Positions 13,633 to 22,103 of a stretch of DNA of 24,000 nt are shown here, one piece after another. The stretch spans positions 1 through 24,000 of the forward strand of contig CAJULO010000001.1 of NCBI GenBank assembly GCA_910586945.1. Direction: 5' to 3'. The translations under genes were made by a program, and so were the position numbers. The first letter of the stretch is position 1. Every line of letters starts with the position of its first letter. Below the pieces are notes generated by a model. The model was not told where the DNA came from. It did no database searches and saw only the letters and a list, made by a program, of their open reading frames with translations. Origin of the DNA: an uncultured Christensenellaceae bacterium. GTDB taxonomy: Bacteria; Bacillota; Clostridia; Christensenellales; Borkfalkiaceae.

Positions 13633-15585
13633 ATGTCGCACAGTCATACAATGCAAAAAGTGCCTACCTTTAAAACACTAGGTAGATTGTTAAAAAATGT
13701 ATTTAAATATACTAAATGGCGTCCTGCTGTAGTTATTTTTTGTATTTTATTTGTTACAATAGCTGGTAGTAGCTCAACCATTTGGATAGGATATATGACC
13801 AATAATGTCTTAATAGTGGGTTCAAGCGTAAATGGTGTTTTAATAACTTGGAAAGATGTTGCTCCTGCATTTTTACATATGATGATAGCAATGCTAATTG
13901 TCTATGGTGTCGGATTGATTGCCTCTGCTATACAAAACTACTTGATGGCAATTGTAGTACAAAGCTTTTTATTAAAGACACGCCAAAACTTATTTTATAG
14001 AATGGAAAGTTTACCCCTTAGATATTTTGATACAAATAATCATGGTGATATTATGAGTACATATACAAATGATATTGATGCTACGCGTCAGTTAATAGGT
14101 ATTGCACTTCCACAACTTTTACAGGCAACCTTATTTTGTGTATTTGCTTTTGTGTTGATGTTGATGTACAGTATTTGGTTATGGCTCATTGCAATGTTAG
14201 GTTTTGCAGTAATGCTTGCAAGTCTTGCTATTTTAGGCGGAAAGAGCGGTAAAAACTTTGTAAAACAACAACATGCCTTAGCGAAAGTTGAAGGCTTTAT
14301 AGAAGAGATGATGGGAGGACAACGGGTAATTAAAGTTTTCTGCCATGAAGAACAGGCAAAGAAAGATTTTGATAAAATTAACGCAGAATATAATCAAGCA
14401 AGTTCTACTGCAAATAGCTATGCAAATAGTTTAATGCCTGTCATTATGAATATTGGTAACTTGATGTATGTGGTAGCGGCAGTTGTGGGTGCTGTACTTG
14501 TGGCACTCTCTGCAAAAAATATAGCACTGGGTAATTATGTAGGCCTTGGTTCAGCTTTAAAATTAGATCCTAATGGATTTATGACTATTGCTGTAGTTGT
14601 AGTGTTTATCAACCTTTCCAGACAATTTTCTATCAATGTAGGACAAATTGCCATGCAGACAAATGCCGTAGTTGTAGGTATTGCAGGTGCTTCGCGGGTA
14701 TTCGCACTTATGGATGAACAACCAGAAACAGATAATGGATATATTCGACTTGTGCTTGCACAAAAGGATAACAATGGTAATTTACAAGAAGTAAAAAATA
14801 TGGGGAATGTTTGGGCATGGAAGGATGCAAGAGCAAATATCTTGACAGAACTAAAAGGGGTTGTACAATTTAAAGAGGTAAATTTTGGATATAATGCCAA
14901 TAAAACAGTATTACACGATATTAACTTAATTGCGAAAGAGGGACAAAAAATTGCGTTTGTAGGAGCGACTGGTGCAGGCAAAACGACAATCACAAATCTT
15001 ATCAACCGTTTTTATGATATTCAAAGTGGTGAAATTTGTTATGATGGTATTGATATTCGCAAAATTAAAAAAGAAGATTTGCGTCGTTCCTTAGGAATTG
15101 TATTACAAGATACAAACTTATTTACTGGAACAATTTTAGAAAATATTCGTTATGGTAAATTAAATGCAACAGATGAAGAATGCATTGAGGCAGCAAAACT
15201 TGCAAATGCACATGATTTTATTTCTCGACTACCTGATGGATATCATACAGTATTAAAACATGAAGCATCTAACTTGTCACAAGGGCAAAGACAACTGATT
15301 TCCATAGCGCGCGTTGCAGTTGCAAATCCACCAGTGATGATTTTAGATGAGGCAACCTCTTCTATTGATACAAAGACGGAAGCTCTTGTGCAAAAAGGTA
15401 TGGATAGCTTAATGCGTGGTAGAACAGTATTTGTCATTGCACATAGGTTATCAACGATACAAAATGCTGATTGTATTATGGTATTGGATAAAGGTAGAAT
15501 TATTGAGCGTGGTAACCATGAAAAACTTTTAAGAGAACGAGGAATTTATTATCAACTCTGTACTGGAGCATTAGAGATAGAATAG
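13633..15585 (+). CDS. ABC exporter permease/ATPase fusion, subunit 2 of a heterodimer (carries the consensus ATPase site)
   Basis: GGAGG upstream, and the ATG is 3 nt after the subunit-1 stop. Walker A is GATGAGKTT, Walker B is MILDEATS and the H-loop is IAHRLS. The signature is the deviant LSQGQRQ. Confidence 0.92.
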   Translation: MSHSHTMQKVPTFKTLGRLLKNVFKYTKWRPAVVIFCILFVTIAGSSSTIWIGYMTNNVLIVGSSVNGVLITWKDVAPAFLHMMIAMLIVYGVGLIASAIQNYLMAIVVQSFLLKTRQNLFYRMESLPLRYFDTNNHGDIMSTYTNDIDATRQLIGIALPQLLQATLFCVFAFVLMLMYSIWLWLIAMLGFAVMLASLAILGGKSGKNFVKQQHALAKVEGFIEEMMGGQRVIKVFCHEEQAKKDFDKINAEYNQASSTANSYANSLMPVIMNIGNLMYVVAAVVGAVLVALSAKNIALGNYVGLGSALKLDPNGFMTIAVVVVFINLSRQFSINVGQIAMQTNAVVVGIAGASRVFALMDEQPETDNGYIRLVLAQKDNNGNLQEVKNMGNVWAWKDARANILTELKGVVQFKEVNFGYNANKTVLHDINLIAKEGQKIAFVGATGAGKTTITNLINRFYDIQSGEICYDGIDIRKIKKEDLRRSLGIVLQDTNLFTGTILENIRYGKLNATDEECIEAAKLANAHDFISRLPDGYHTVLKHEASNLSQGQRQLISIARVAVANPPVMILDEATSSIDTKTEALVQKGMDSLMRGRTVFVIAHRLSTIQNADCIMVLDKGRIIERGNHEKLLRERGIYYQLCTGALEIE

Positions 15586-15621
15586 AAAAAAAATACAAGC
15601 TAATTGGCTTGTATTTTTTTT
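15586..15621 (+). terminator. Intrinsic terminator after the ABC operon
   Basis: A-run, ATACAAGC-taattg-GCTTGTAT, then a T7-8 run, directly after the stop at 15583-15585. Confidence 0.8.
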
Positions 15622-15688
15622 CTAATGACGATACGATTTTTTTTAAAATTGCATATGATAATGGTATCAAATTATAGGAAGGGAGTAT

Positions 15689-16711
15689 ATGCAGCAGCCC
15701 ATACTCAAAATTTCACTTGGACAATTACAAAAAAATACGCAATTTTTTAAAGAGCATACGACAGCGAAGCTTTGTGGCGTTGTTAAAGCAGATGCATATG
15801 GACATGGTGCAACGGATATAGCACAATTTTTAGAACCTCTTGTTGACTATTTTGCAGTAGCAACCGTGCAAGAAGGCGTACAATTGCGACTAGCTGGTAT
15901 CAAAAAGAGAATTCTAGTTTTTACACCAGCAACATGTAAGCTAGAAGTACTTGAGATGTTACAGTATGCTTTAATTGCTAGCATAACAGATATACAAGAT
16001 TATATTTTATTACAAAAAATTTTATTGCAAGAAAATAGAGTACTTATAGCACATATTAAAGTCAATACAGGAATGAATCGATATGGTTTTAATTTGCCAG
16101 ACTTTCAAGAATTTTGTAAAGGCAAACTAAGTGATAGAATACAGATAGAGGGTATTTATTCTCATTTTTATTATGTACAACAAGTAGATAGAACAAAAGG
16201 TCAATTTTTAAAATTTATGCAGTTTGCAAATAGAGCAGAAAAAGTTTTTGGTAAACTTATAAAGCATATAGTAGCAACAGGTGGATTTTTTTTAAATAAA
16301 GAATACCATTTAGATATGGTACGGATAGGATTAGGTTTGTACGGTTATTTACCCAACGAACAACATATTGTAGAGATACAACCAATAATGCAGCTCTGTG
16401 CAAATGTAATAGCAGATAAAAAATATTGTAATGGTGGTGCTGGATATAGTATATATAGACCAAAATCAAAGCATATCGCCACCATTCGTTTAGGATATGC
16501 TGATGGGTTATACTATCAAAAAACAGCAAAAATTCCACCCTGCATGGATTGTCAAGTCGTAGAAGGAGAATATAAAAAATACCAAGTCATTCCCAATTTT
16601 TTAAATTTTGAAAGCTATGCAAAAGCAAATAATACAATTGTATATGATGTTTTAACTTCTTTTGGAAATAGAATACAACGTGACTATTTATTTGACTTTT
16701 TTCTTGATTGA
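15689..16711 (+). CDS. alr: Alanine racemase
   Basis: GGAAGGGAG upstream of the ATG. The PLP-lysine motif is GVVKADAYGHG. The fold-type III layout is present (VATVQEGVQLRLAGI ... KVNTGMNRYGF ... GIYSHF ... RIGLGLYG ... YDVLTSFGNRIQR). At 340 aa it is at the short end for the family. Confidence 0.9.
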   Translation: MQQPILKISLGQLQKNTQFFKEHTTAKLCGVVKADAYGHGATDIAQFLEPLVDYFAVATVQEGVQLRLAGIKKRILVFTPATCKLEVLEMLQYALIASITDIQDYILLQKILLQENRVLIAHIKVNTGMNRYGFNLPDFQEFCKGKLSDRIQIEGIYSHFYYVQQVDRTKGQFLKFMQFANRAEKVFGKLIKHIVATGGFFLNKEYHLDMVRIGLGLYGYLPNEQHIVEIQPIMQLCANVIADKKYCNGGAGYSIYRPKSKHIATIRLGYADGLYYQKTAKIPPCMDCQVVEGEYKKYQVIPNFLNFESYAKANNTIVYDVLTSFGNRIQRDYLFDFFLD

Positions 16712-16736
16712 CAAAAATTTAGAAAAAGTTTATAAT
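16708..16736 (+). promoter_or_regulatory. Perfect consensus sigma-A promoter for rsmD-coaD
   Basis: TTGACA (16708-16713, overlapping the alr TGA stop), 17-nt spacer, TATAAT (16731-16736). Confidence 0.75.
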
Positions 16737-16770
16737 AAAAAAAAGTATAAAAAGCGTATTTGAGGGTAGT

Positions 16771-17313
16771 GTGAGAGTTATTAGTGGTAGATATCGTGGT
16801 AGAAATATTGAAACAGTGCACAATAACTCTATTCGTCCAACTACAGATAGAATCAAGGAAAATCTATTTAATATTCTTATGCCATATATACAAGATAGCA
16901 TATTTTTGGATTTATTCTGTGGTAGCGGTAATATTGGTATTGAAGCAATTTCTCGTGGAGCAAAAAAAGTCTATTTTAATGATATGCAAAAGAGCAGTAT
17001 CAATATATTAAAGAAAAATTTAAGGTATATTACAGAACAATACATTGTAACGCAACTTGATTTTAAAAATTTTTTATATCAATGTAAATTGCAATTTGAT
17101 ATCATCTATTTAGACCCACCATATCAAACGCAATATGCAATAGATGCCTTAACTATAATCTCTGCAAGAGCAATTTTAAAGGAAACAGGGATTGTTATCA
17201 TAGAGAGTGATAAACGGATAGAGACAAGTATTCCACTTTTAGAATGCTATGACCAGCGGAAATATGGTAATATATATTTGACATTTTATAAAAGAAAAAA
17301 GGAAGAGGTATAG
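16771..17313 (+). CDS. rsmD: 16S rRNA (guanine966-N2)-methyltransferase
   Basis: GTG start with GAGGG upstream. The RsmD N-terminus is MRVISGRYRGRNIETVHNNSIRPTTDRIKENLFNIL. The AdoMet motif is LDLFCGSGNIGIEAISRGA, and DPPY is present. It sits directly upstream of coaD, as in Bacillus ylbH-coaD. Confidence 0.88.
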   Translation: MRVISGRYRGRNIETVHNNSIRPTTDRIKENLFNILMPYIQDSIFLDLFCGSGNIGIEAISRGAKKVYFNDMQKSSINILKKNLRYITEQYIVTQLDFKNFLYQCKLQFDIIYLDPPYQTQYAIDALTIISARAILKETGIVIIESDKRIETSIPLLECYDQRKYGNIYLTFYKRKKEEV

Positions 17314-17323
17314 AGAGGAGAGT

Positions 17324-17809
17324 ATGTCAAAAAGAGCAGTATACGCGGGAAGCTTTGCTCCTGTACATTTAGGACATATTTATGTATTAGAACAAGCTTG
17401 TGCACTCTTTGATGAAGTGCATATTTTATTGGCGAGCAATATACAAAAGAAAAGCTTATTTTCCACGCAGTTTCGTATGGAACTATTAAAATTAGCGACA
17501 CAAGATTTTAAAAATATTCGACTTGTCTATTTAAATGAGTTTGTTGTTGATTATATGCTGCGAGAAAATATTGAATATGCCATTCGTGGTGTGCGAGATA
17601 GCAATGATTTTTGTTATGAACAAAATATGGCATATACGAATGCTAAATTGAATACAAATTGTAAAACAATATTGATTCCGACTAGACAAGAGCTAGTACA
17701 TATTAGCTCAAGTTTGTTGCGAGATTGTCTATATCATAATAAGTCAGTCGCAGAATTTGTACCAAGTAGTATTTTGCCACTTTTACAAAAATATCCAAAC
17801 GGCAAGTAA
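17324..17809 (+). CDS. coaD: Phosphopantetheine adenylyltransferase
   Basis: AVYAGSFAPVHLGHIYVLEQA contains the HxGH nucleotidyltransferase motif. The protein is 161 aa, and AGAGGAGAG lies upstream of the ATG. Confidence 0.9.
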   Translation: MSKRAVYAGSFAPVHLGHIYVLEQACALFDEVHILLASNIQKKSLFSTQFRMELLKLATQDFKNIRLVYLNEFVVDYMLRENIEYAIRGVRDSNDFCYEQNMAYTNAKLNTNCKTILIPTRQELVHISSSLLRDCLYHNKSVAEFVPSSILPLLQKYPNGK

Positions 17810-18751
17810 AGTTAAGGTAAAAGCACAAATCCCTTGTAAAAATTTAAAGAGTATAAAAGTAGTGATTTTGACTTTTGCAGACTTTAAAAAACTAATTTGT
17901 TGCAATAAAATACATCCGCCACCAAAGGTAATAACAAAGCTAGCCAATGGCAAAGCAAATATGGACATACTTTTTGAAAGAGCGGAAACGCCATGCGTTG
18001 CCTCTAACAATCCATAGACAAGTCCAGTTGCACTATCACCAAAGGGAAATGCTAAAAGAGCAATAAGTGGTTGCATAATTCTTAAATCTGTAAGTGCTTC
18101 AGTCAAAATATAAAATAGTACGATAAAGCCACCGATACACAATATTGAAATTGTGCTAGAATGTACACTACTATATAATAGATTGTCCACTGTTTTAGTT
18201 TGTAGAATGTGCTCAGTTTTTGGTAATTTTTTTGCAAAAGGTAGGGCAATAAGACAAGGTATGATGACCCCTAGAATATGTGTTGCAAATAAAATACAAC
18301 CAGCCATTGTATTGTTAAATAGCGCTGCACCGACACTGCCGATAATAAACATAGGTCCAGAAGTGGAACAAAGTAAAGCCATTCTACTTGCTTCCTTTTC
18401 GGTAATTGCTTGTTGACTATATAAATCTGCAATCATTTTTGCACCAACAGGATATCCAGAGAGTATAGATATAATAAATACACCAGCAGTCAAACTCGGT
18501 AACTTAAGACGATAAAAAAATTTATTTAAATATATAGAAAGTTTTTGTAAAATACCAAGTTTAGTTAATAAAGTTGTTAAAATCAAGAAGGGTAATAGCG
18601 ATGGTAGTACAACTTTTGCCCATAAAAAAATCCCTTCTAAACAGATAGCACTATATTTTTTAGGAAAAATGCATAATAATGTGATGATGACTAAAATCAT
18701 CATTGCTAAAAATAGATGCATTATATTGTTTAATTTTTGTTTTTGTTGCAT
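17783..18751 (-). CDS. ylbJ: YlbJ-like sporulation integral membrane protein (nucleoside-recognition/Gate domain type)
   Basis: 322-aa polytopic membrane ORF, convergent with coaD. This is the position of ylbJ in Bacillus subtilis (ylbH-coaD, then ylbJ on the opposite strand, then ylbK). The call rests on synteny and membrane character, not on a diagnostic motif. Confidence 0.7.
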   Translation of the reverse strand: MQQKQKLNNIMHLFLAMMILVIITLLCIFPKKYSAICLEGIFLWAKVVLPSLLPFLILTTLLTKLGILQKLSIYLNKFFYRLKLPSLTAGVFIISILSGYPVGAKMIADLYSQQAITEKEASRMALLCSTSGPMFIIGSVGAALFNNTMAGCILFATHILGVIIPCLIALPFAKKLPKTEHILQTKTVDNLLYSSVHSSTISILCIGGFIVLFYILTEALTDLRIMQPLIALLAFPFGDSATGLVYGLLEATHGVSALSKSMSIFALPLASFVITFGGGCILLQQISFLKSAKVKITTFILFKFLQGICAFTLTLLAVWIFL

Positions 18752-18760
18752 ACTTTATTA

Positions 18761-18789
18761 TATGTATGTTGTCGTGGACAAGAATATGA
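18761..18789 (-). promoter_or_regulatory. Sigma-E-like (mother-cell sporulation) promoter upstream of ylbJ
   Basis: Minus strand: TCATATT (18789-18783), 14-nt spacer, CATACATA (18768-18761). Compare the B. subtilis sigma-E consensus ZHATAXX-14-CATACAHT. An overlapping TATAAT lies at 18762-18757. The ATG is at 18751, and there is no SD. Confidence 0.45.
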
Positions 18790-18845
18790 AGTAAAATAAA
18801 TAATTAGATAAAAAATAAAGAGTTAAAATATTTTGAGGGAATAAA

Positions 18846-19634
18846 ATGAAAAAATTAGCTTTAGCATTAGGGTCTGGTGGTGCAAGAGGAGTAGCACATG
18901 TTGGTTTTTTACAAGCTTTAGAAGAGGAAAAAATTCCTATAAGTTTTATGAGTGGAGCCTCTATGGGAGCAGTGGTTGGAGCTTGCTATGCAAGTGGTAT
19001 GAAGGCAGAAGAAATTCGAATAGCATTAAAAGAGATTCGAACACGCAATTTGGTAGATTTATCGTTATTACCCATACAAAAAGCCGGACTTTTAACATGG
19101 AAAAAGGTACGAGCAATATTGAAAAAATATCTAAAAGATGTATCTTTTGAAGATTTAGAGATACCTTTTAGTTGTGTTGCTGTGAATATACTAAATGGTA
19201 AATTAGAGCATTTAAAAGAAGGCAATCTTATAGATAGCGTTATGGCATCAAGTGCAGTACCATCAATCTTTCAACCGGTAAAAATTGGTGAAAAGCTCTA
19301 TGTTGACGGCGGTATTCTATGCAGAATACCTGTTGAACAGGCAAAAGAAAGTGGAGCAGATATTGTTGTTGCCGTTGATATTTTAGAGGAATGTCCAGAG
19401 ATTCAAAAGGTACCAAATATTTTTTTCTTACTTTCTAGAGTATTTGACATTATTGAAAGTGCATCCACACAGCGCTATAAAGAGGGCATTTCAGGGGTCT
19501 GTGACTTATGGTTGACGCCTAAAATGCCGACAGTCAACGCCTATAAATTTGTCTATAGTGAAGAGGGGTATCAGGCAGGATATCAAGTTGGCAGGGAAAA
19601 TATAGATAAAATCAAGAAATTATTGGAGCTTTAA
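18846..19634 (+). CDS. Patatin-like phospholipase (YlbK-like)
   Basis: The oxyanion motif is GSGGARG, the nucleophile elbow is GASMG and the catalytic Asp is in VDGG. GAGGGA lies upstream of the ATG. Its position next to ylbJ matches Bacillus ylbK. Confidence 0.88.
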   Translation: MKKLALALGSGGARGVAHVGFLQALEEEKIPISFMSGASMGAVVGACYASGMKAEEIRIALKEIRTRNLVDLSLLPIQKAGLLTWKKVRAILKKYLKDVSFEDLEIPFSCVAVNILNGKLEHLKEGNLIDSVMASSAVPSIFQPVKIGEKLYVDGGILCRIPVEQAKESGADIVVAVDILEECPEIQKVPNIFFLLSRVFDIIESASTQRYKEGISGVCDLWLTPKMPTVNAYKFVYSEEGYQAGYQVGRENIDKIKKLLEL

Positions 19635-19635
19635 T

Positions 19636-20928
19636 ATGGATTTATTTGCCTATACAAAGAAAAACGAATGTATACAACCCTTAGCTGAAAAAATGCGTCC
19701 AAATAATCTGCAAGACTTTATCGGACAGGAACATATTGTAGGAGAAGGTAAATTTTTACGCCGTGCGATTGAGGCAGATAAATTAGGTAGTTGTATCTTT
19801 TATGGTCCCTCTGGACTTGGCAAAACGACGCTAGCACATATTATTGCAATAATGACAAAAGGAGAGTATATTGCCTTAAACGCCGTAGAGAGTGGTATAG
19901 CAGAAATTAAAAAAGCAATAGAAATAGGCAAAGAAAATTTGTATCTATATAATAAACGCACATATTTATTACTGGATGAGTGTCACCGCTTCAATAAAAC
20001 ACAACTAGATAGTTTGTTACCAGCTATTGAAAAAGGATATATTGTTTTTATTGGGTCTACAACAGAAAATCCATATGCGAATTTGACACCAGCACTCATT
20101 TCGCGTTGTCATATATTTCCCTTTTATCCTTTACAAGAGCAGCAAATTATTTGTGCATTACAGAGAGCAAGCTATGCTGAAAATGGATTGAAGAGATATA
20201 ATGTACAATTTGCAGATGGAGTATTAGCCTATATAGCACATTATGCAAATGGGGATATGCGTATGGCATATAATATTTTAGAACTTGCTGTTTTGAGCAG
20301 TAAACCTAAGCAAGATACAAGTTATATCACATTAAAAGATATTGAAGAATGTGTACAACAAAAGGCATTGTCTATAGATAATACAAGCTATTATAATTTA
20401 CTTTCTGCATTTTGTAAAAGTTTGCGTGGAAGTGATAGTAATGCAAGTCTATACTATGCTTTTCGCTTGATAGAGAGTGGAGTTGACCCATTGATTCTCT
20501 TAAGACGACTCATTGTACATGCAAGTGAAGATGTTGGACTTGCAGATTCTAATGCCTTGCAAGTTGCTACATCTGCATTACAAGCTTTTAAAGAGCTAGG
20601 AGCACCTGAAGGATATATTCCACTCACACATGCTATTATTTATGTTGCTGAAGCAGAAAAATCCAATAGCGTTGTACTTGCTATGGCAAGAGCAAAAAAA
20701 TTAGCAAAGTCTACAGTGGTAAATTGTCCACCACATTTAAATGAACGTAGCTATGCCAGTAAAGAAAGTTTAGAAGTTTGCAAGCAATATTTATATCCAC
20801 ACGATTTTGGAGGATATGTTAAACAACAATATCTACCTGATGCAATTGTTAATGAAGAAATTTATACACCGCTACAAAATGGAGAGGAAAGGAAAATATT
20901 CCAGAAGCAACTAGAGAGAAGAAAATGA
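19636..20928 (+). CDS. rarA: Replication-associated recombination protein A (AAA+ ATPase, MgsA/RarA)
   Basis: LAEKMRPNNLQDFIGQEHIVGEGKFLRRAI; Walker A GPSGLGKTT; Walker B LLLDECHRFNK; IGSTTENPY; and a C-terminal MgsA-type region (SLYYAFRLIESGVDP). The ATG is 1 nt after the patatin stop. Confidence 0.93.
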   Translation: MDLFAYTKKNECIQPLAEKMRPNNLQDFIGQEHIVGEGKFLRRAIEADKLGSCIFYGPSGLGKTTLAHIIAIMTKGEYIALNAVESGIAEIKKAIEIGKENLYLYNKRTYLLLDECHRFNKTQLDSLLPAIEKGYIVFIGSTTENPYANLTPALISRCHIFPFYPLQEQQIICALQRASYAENGLKRYNVQFADGVLAYIAHYANGDMRMAYNILELAVLSSKPKQDTSYITLKDIEECVQQKALSIDNTSYYNLLSAFCKSLRGSDSNASLYYAFRLIESGVDPLILLRRLIVHASEDVGLADSNALQVATSALQAFKELGAPEGYIPLTHAIIYVAEAEKSNSVVLAMARAKKLAKSTVVNCPPHLNERSYASKESLEVCKQYLYPHDFGGYVKQQYLPDAIVNEEIYTPLQNGEERKIFQKQLERRK

Positions 20929-21052
20929 TAAAATTATAGCAATAGCGAATAGATAAAAAGTTGCCCTTTCTTTCAAGAGTATAAATGAAGTGTATTATTT
21001 ATATTTATACCCTTAATTTGTGTAAATCATTGAGAAAAGTGATAAAAAATTA

Positions 21053-21081
21053 TTGACAAATTGGATTAAAGCATATATACT
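21053..21081 (+). promoter_or_regulatory. Promoter with a ~140-nt leader upstream of the small membrane protein gene
   Basis: TTGACA (21053-21058), 17-nt spacer, TATACT (21076-21081). Confidence 0.6.
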
Positions 21082-21226
21082 GTACGCAATAATTTTGACC
21101 ATAGAGGAGAAAAAGAACGAGAAGTATATTATTTTATTCATATAATTTTCTCTCTTAAAGAAAAAGTTATTTTTCATAAGTGGCAATATATGCAAAAGTG
21201 TACATAAAAAATAAAGGAGGAAAATA

Positions 21227-21475
21227 ATGGGTACGAATAATATAGACAGCAATAATATTGCTAGATTTTTATTATTGTTTTTTCTAGGCTTTATAGGTAG
21301 CTTTATTATTAACCACACAAGTTTAAAGCCAATTGGTTGGAAAAGTAGAACTTGTGCCAACTTTTTTCTAGGTATACTTACCTTGGGCATTTATTCTCTA
21401 GTTGTCGCTATCTGTAATATATTCTTTAAAAGTGATGCCGATAAAAATATTGGATATTTTAAAGATACAAACTAA
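21227..21475 (+). CDS. Small two-TM membrane protein (TM2/NINE-like architecture)
   Basis: Strong AAAGGAGG sits 6 nt upstream of the ATG. The 82-aa protein has two hydrophobic helices (FLLLFFLGFIGSFII and FFLGILTLGIYSLVVAICNIFF). I prefer it over the overlapping antisense ORF 21013..21390. Confidence 0.6.
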   Translation: MGTNNIDSNNIARFLLLFFLGFIGSFIINHTSLKPIGWKSRTCANFFLGILTLGIYSLVVAICNIFFKSDADKNIGYFKDTN

Positions 21476-21497
21476 ATGCTAAAAATATTACAATAGC

Positions 21498-21551
21498 TTC
21501 TAATAGAAAAATCCTTATTTGCATTAGCAAATAAGGATTTTTCTATTAGAA
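21498..21551. terminator. Bidirectional terminator: perfect 25-bp inverted repeat with a 4-nt loop
   Basis: TTCTAATAGAAAAATCCTTATTTGC-atta-GCAAATAAGGATTTTTCTATTAGAA. It lies between convergent genes ending at 21475 (+) and 21567 (-). Confidence 0.8.
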
Positions 21552-21566
21552 AGAGAGGTATTGATG

Positions 21567-22091
21567 TCATTTTTCTCTATATATGGTATTCCCTTTACAG
21601 TCAATAGCAACAATGCATGGAAAATTTTTAACTTGTAGTTTATAAATTCCCTCGCTCAAAAGGTCAGGATAGGCAACAAGTTCATTGGATTGTATACAAT
21701 CTCCATATATGGCACCTGCTCCACCAATTGCTGCAAAATAAATTGCTTTATACTGTTGAATGGCATCTCTAACAGCTTGAGAGCGTTCTCCTTTCCCTAT
21801 CAATATGCGTACTCCTTGTTGCAGTAAAGTGGGCGTAAAACTATCCATACGCATACTTGTCGTTGGTCCACAGCTGCCACTCACTCTATCTGGCGGTGTG
21901 GGACATGGGCCAGCATAATAAATAGCGGCATCTTGTAAAGGAATAGGACTAGTATTCTTTTGTATACTCTCTATAAGTCTTTTATGGGCACAATCTCTTG
22001 CAGTAAAAATTGTACCTGTTAAATATACAGCTTGCCCTGATGTTAAAGATTGTATTGTCTCTGGAGAAAGAGGTAATTGCAATTCTTGCAT
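21567..22091 (-). CDS. Class I Fe-S hydro-lyase beta subunit (fumarate hydratase / L(+)-tartrate dehydratase type)
   Basis: 174 aa, with AGGAG upstream. The beta-subunit signatures are GTIFTARDCAHKRL and GPTTSMRMD ... IGKGERS ... AIGGAGA. Confidence 0.87.
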   Translation of the reverse strand: MQELQLPLSPETIQSLTSGQAVYLTGTIFTARDCAHKRLIESIQKNTSPIPLQDAAIYYAGPCPTPPDRVSGSCGPTTSMRMDSFTPTLLQQGVRILIGKGERSQAVRDAIQQYKAIYFAAIGGAGAIYGDCIQSNELVAYPDLLSEGIYKLQVKNFPCIVAIDCKGNTIYREK

Positions 22092-22103
22092 AATATACTC
22101 CTA

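Noticed and set aside
12120-15437. Antisense and alternative-frame ORFs within the two ABC genes (12120..12416, 12510..12770, 13007..13315, 13215..13490, 14535..15005, 14563..14763, 15243..15437)
   Set aside because: They are internal to genes with complete ABC motifs, and nothing supports them independently.
16257-17501. ORFs 16257..16538 (-), 16719..16901 (-), 16784..17011 (+) and 17286..17501 (-), overlapping alr, rsmD and coaD
   Set aside because: They overlap confidently assigned genes in other frames or on the other strand. Their sequences are low-complexity.
17757-18416. Plus-strand ORFs 17757..18017 and 18153..18416, antisense to ylbJ
   Set aside because: The minus-strand ORF is a coherent 322-aa polytopic membrane protein in conserved synteny. 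The plus-strand ORFs lack SDs.
21013-21390. 125-aa minus-strand ORF overlapping the small membrane protein gene
   Set aside because: The plus-strand ORF has a near-perfect SD and a promoter. The minus-strand ORF has neither, and it runs through the plus-strand promoter and leader.
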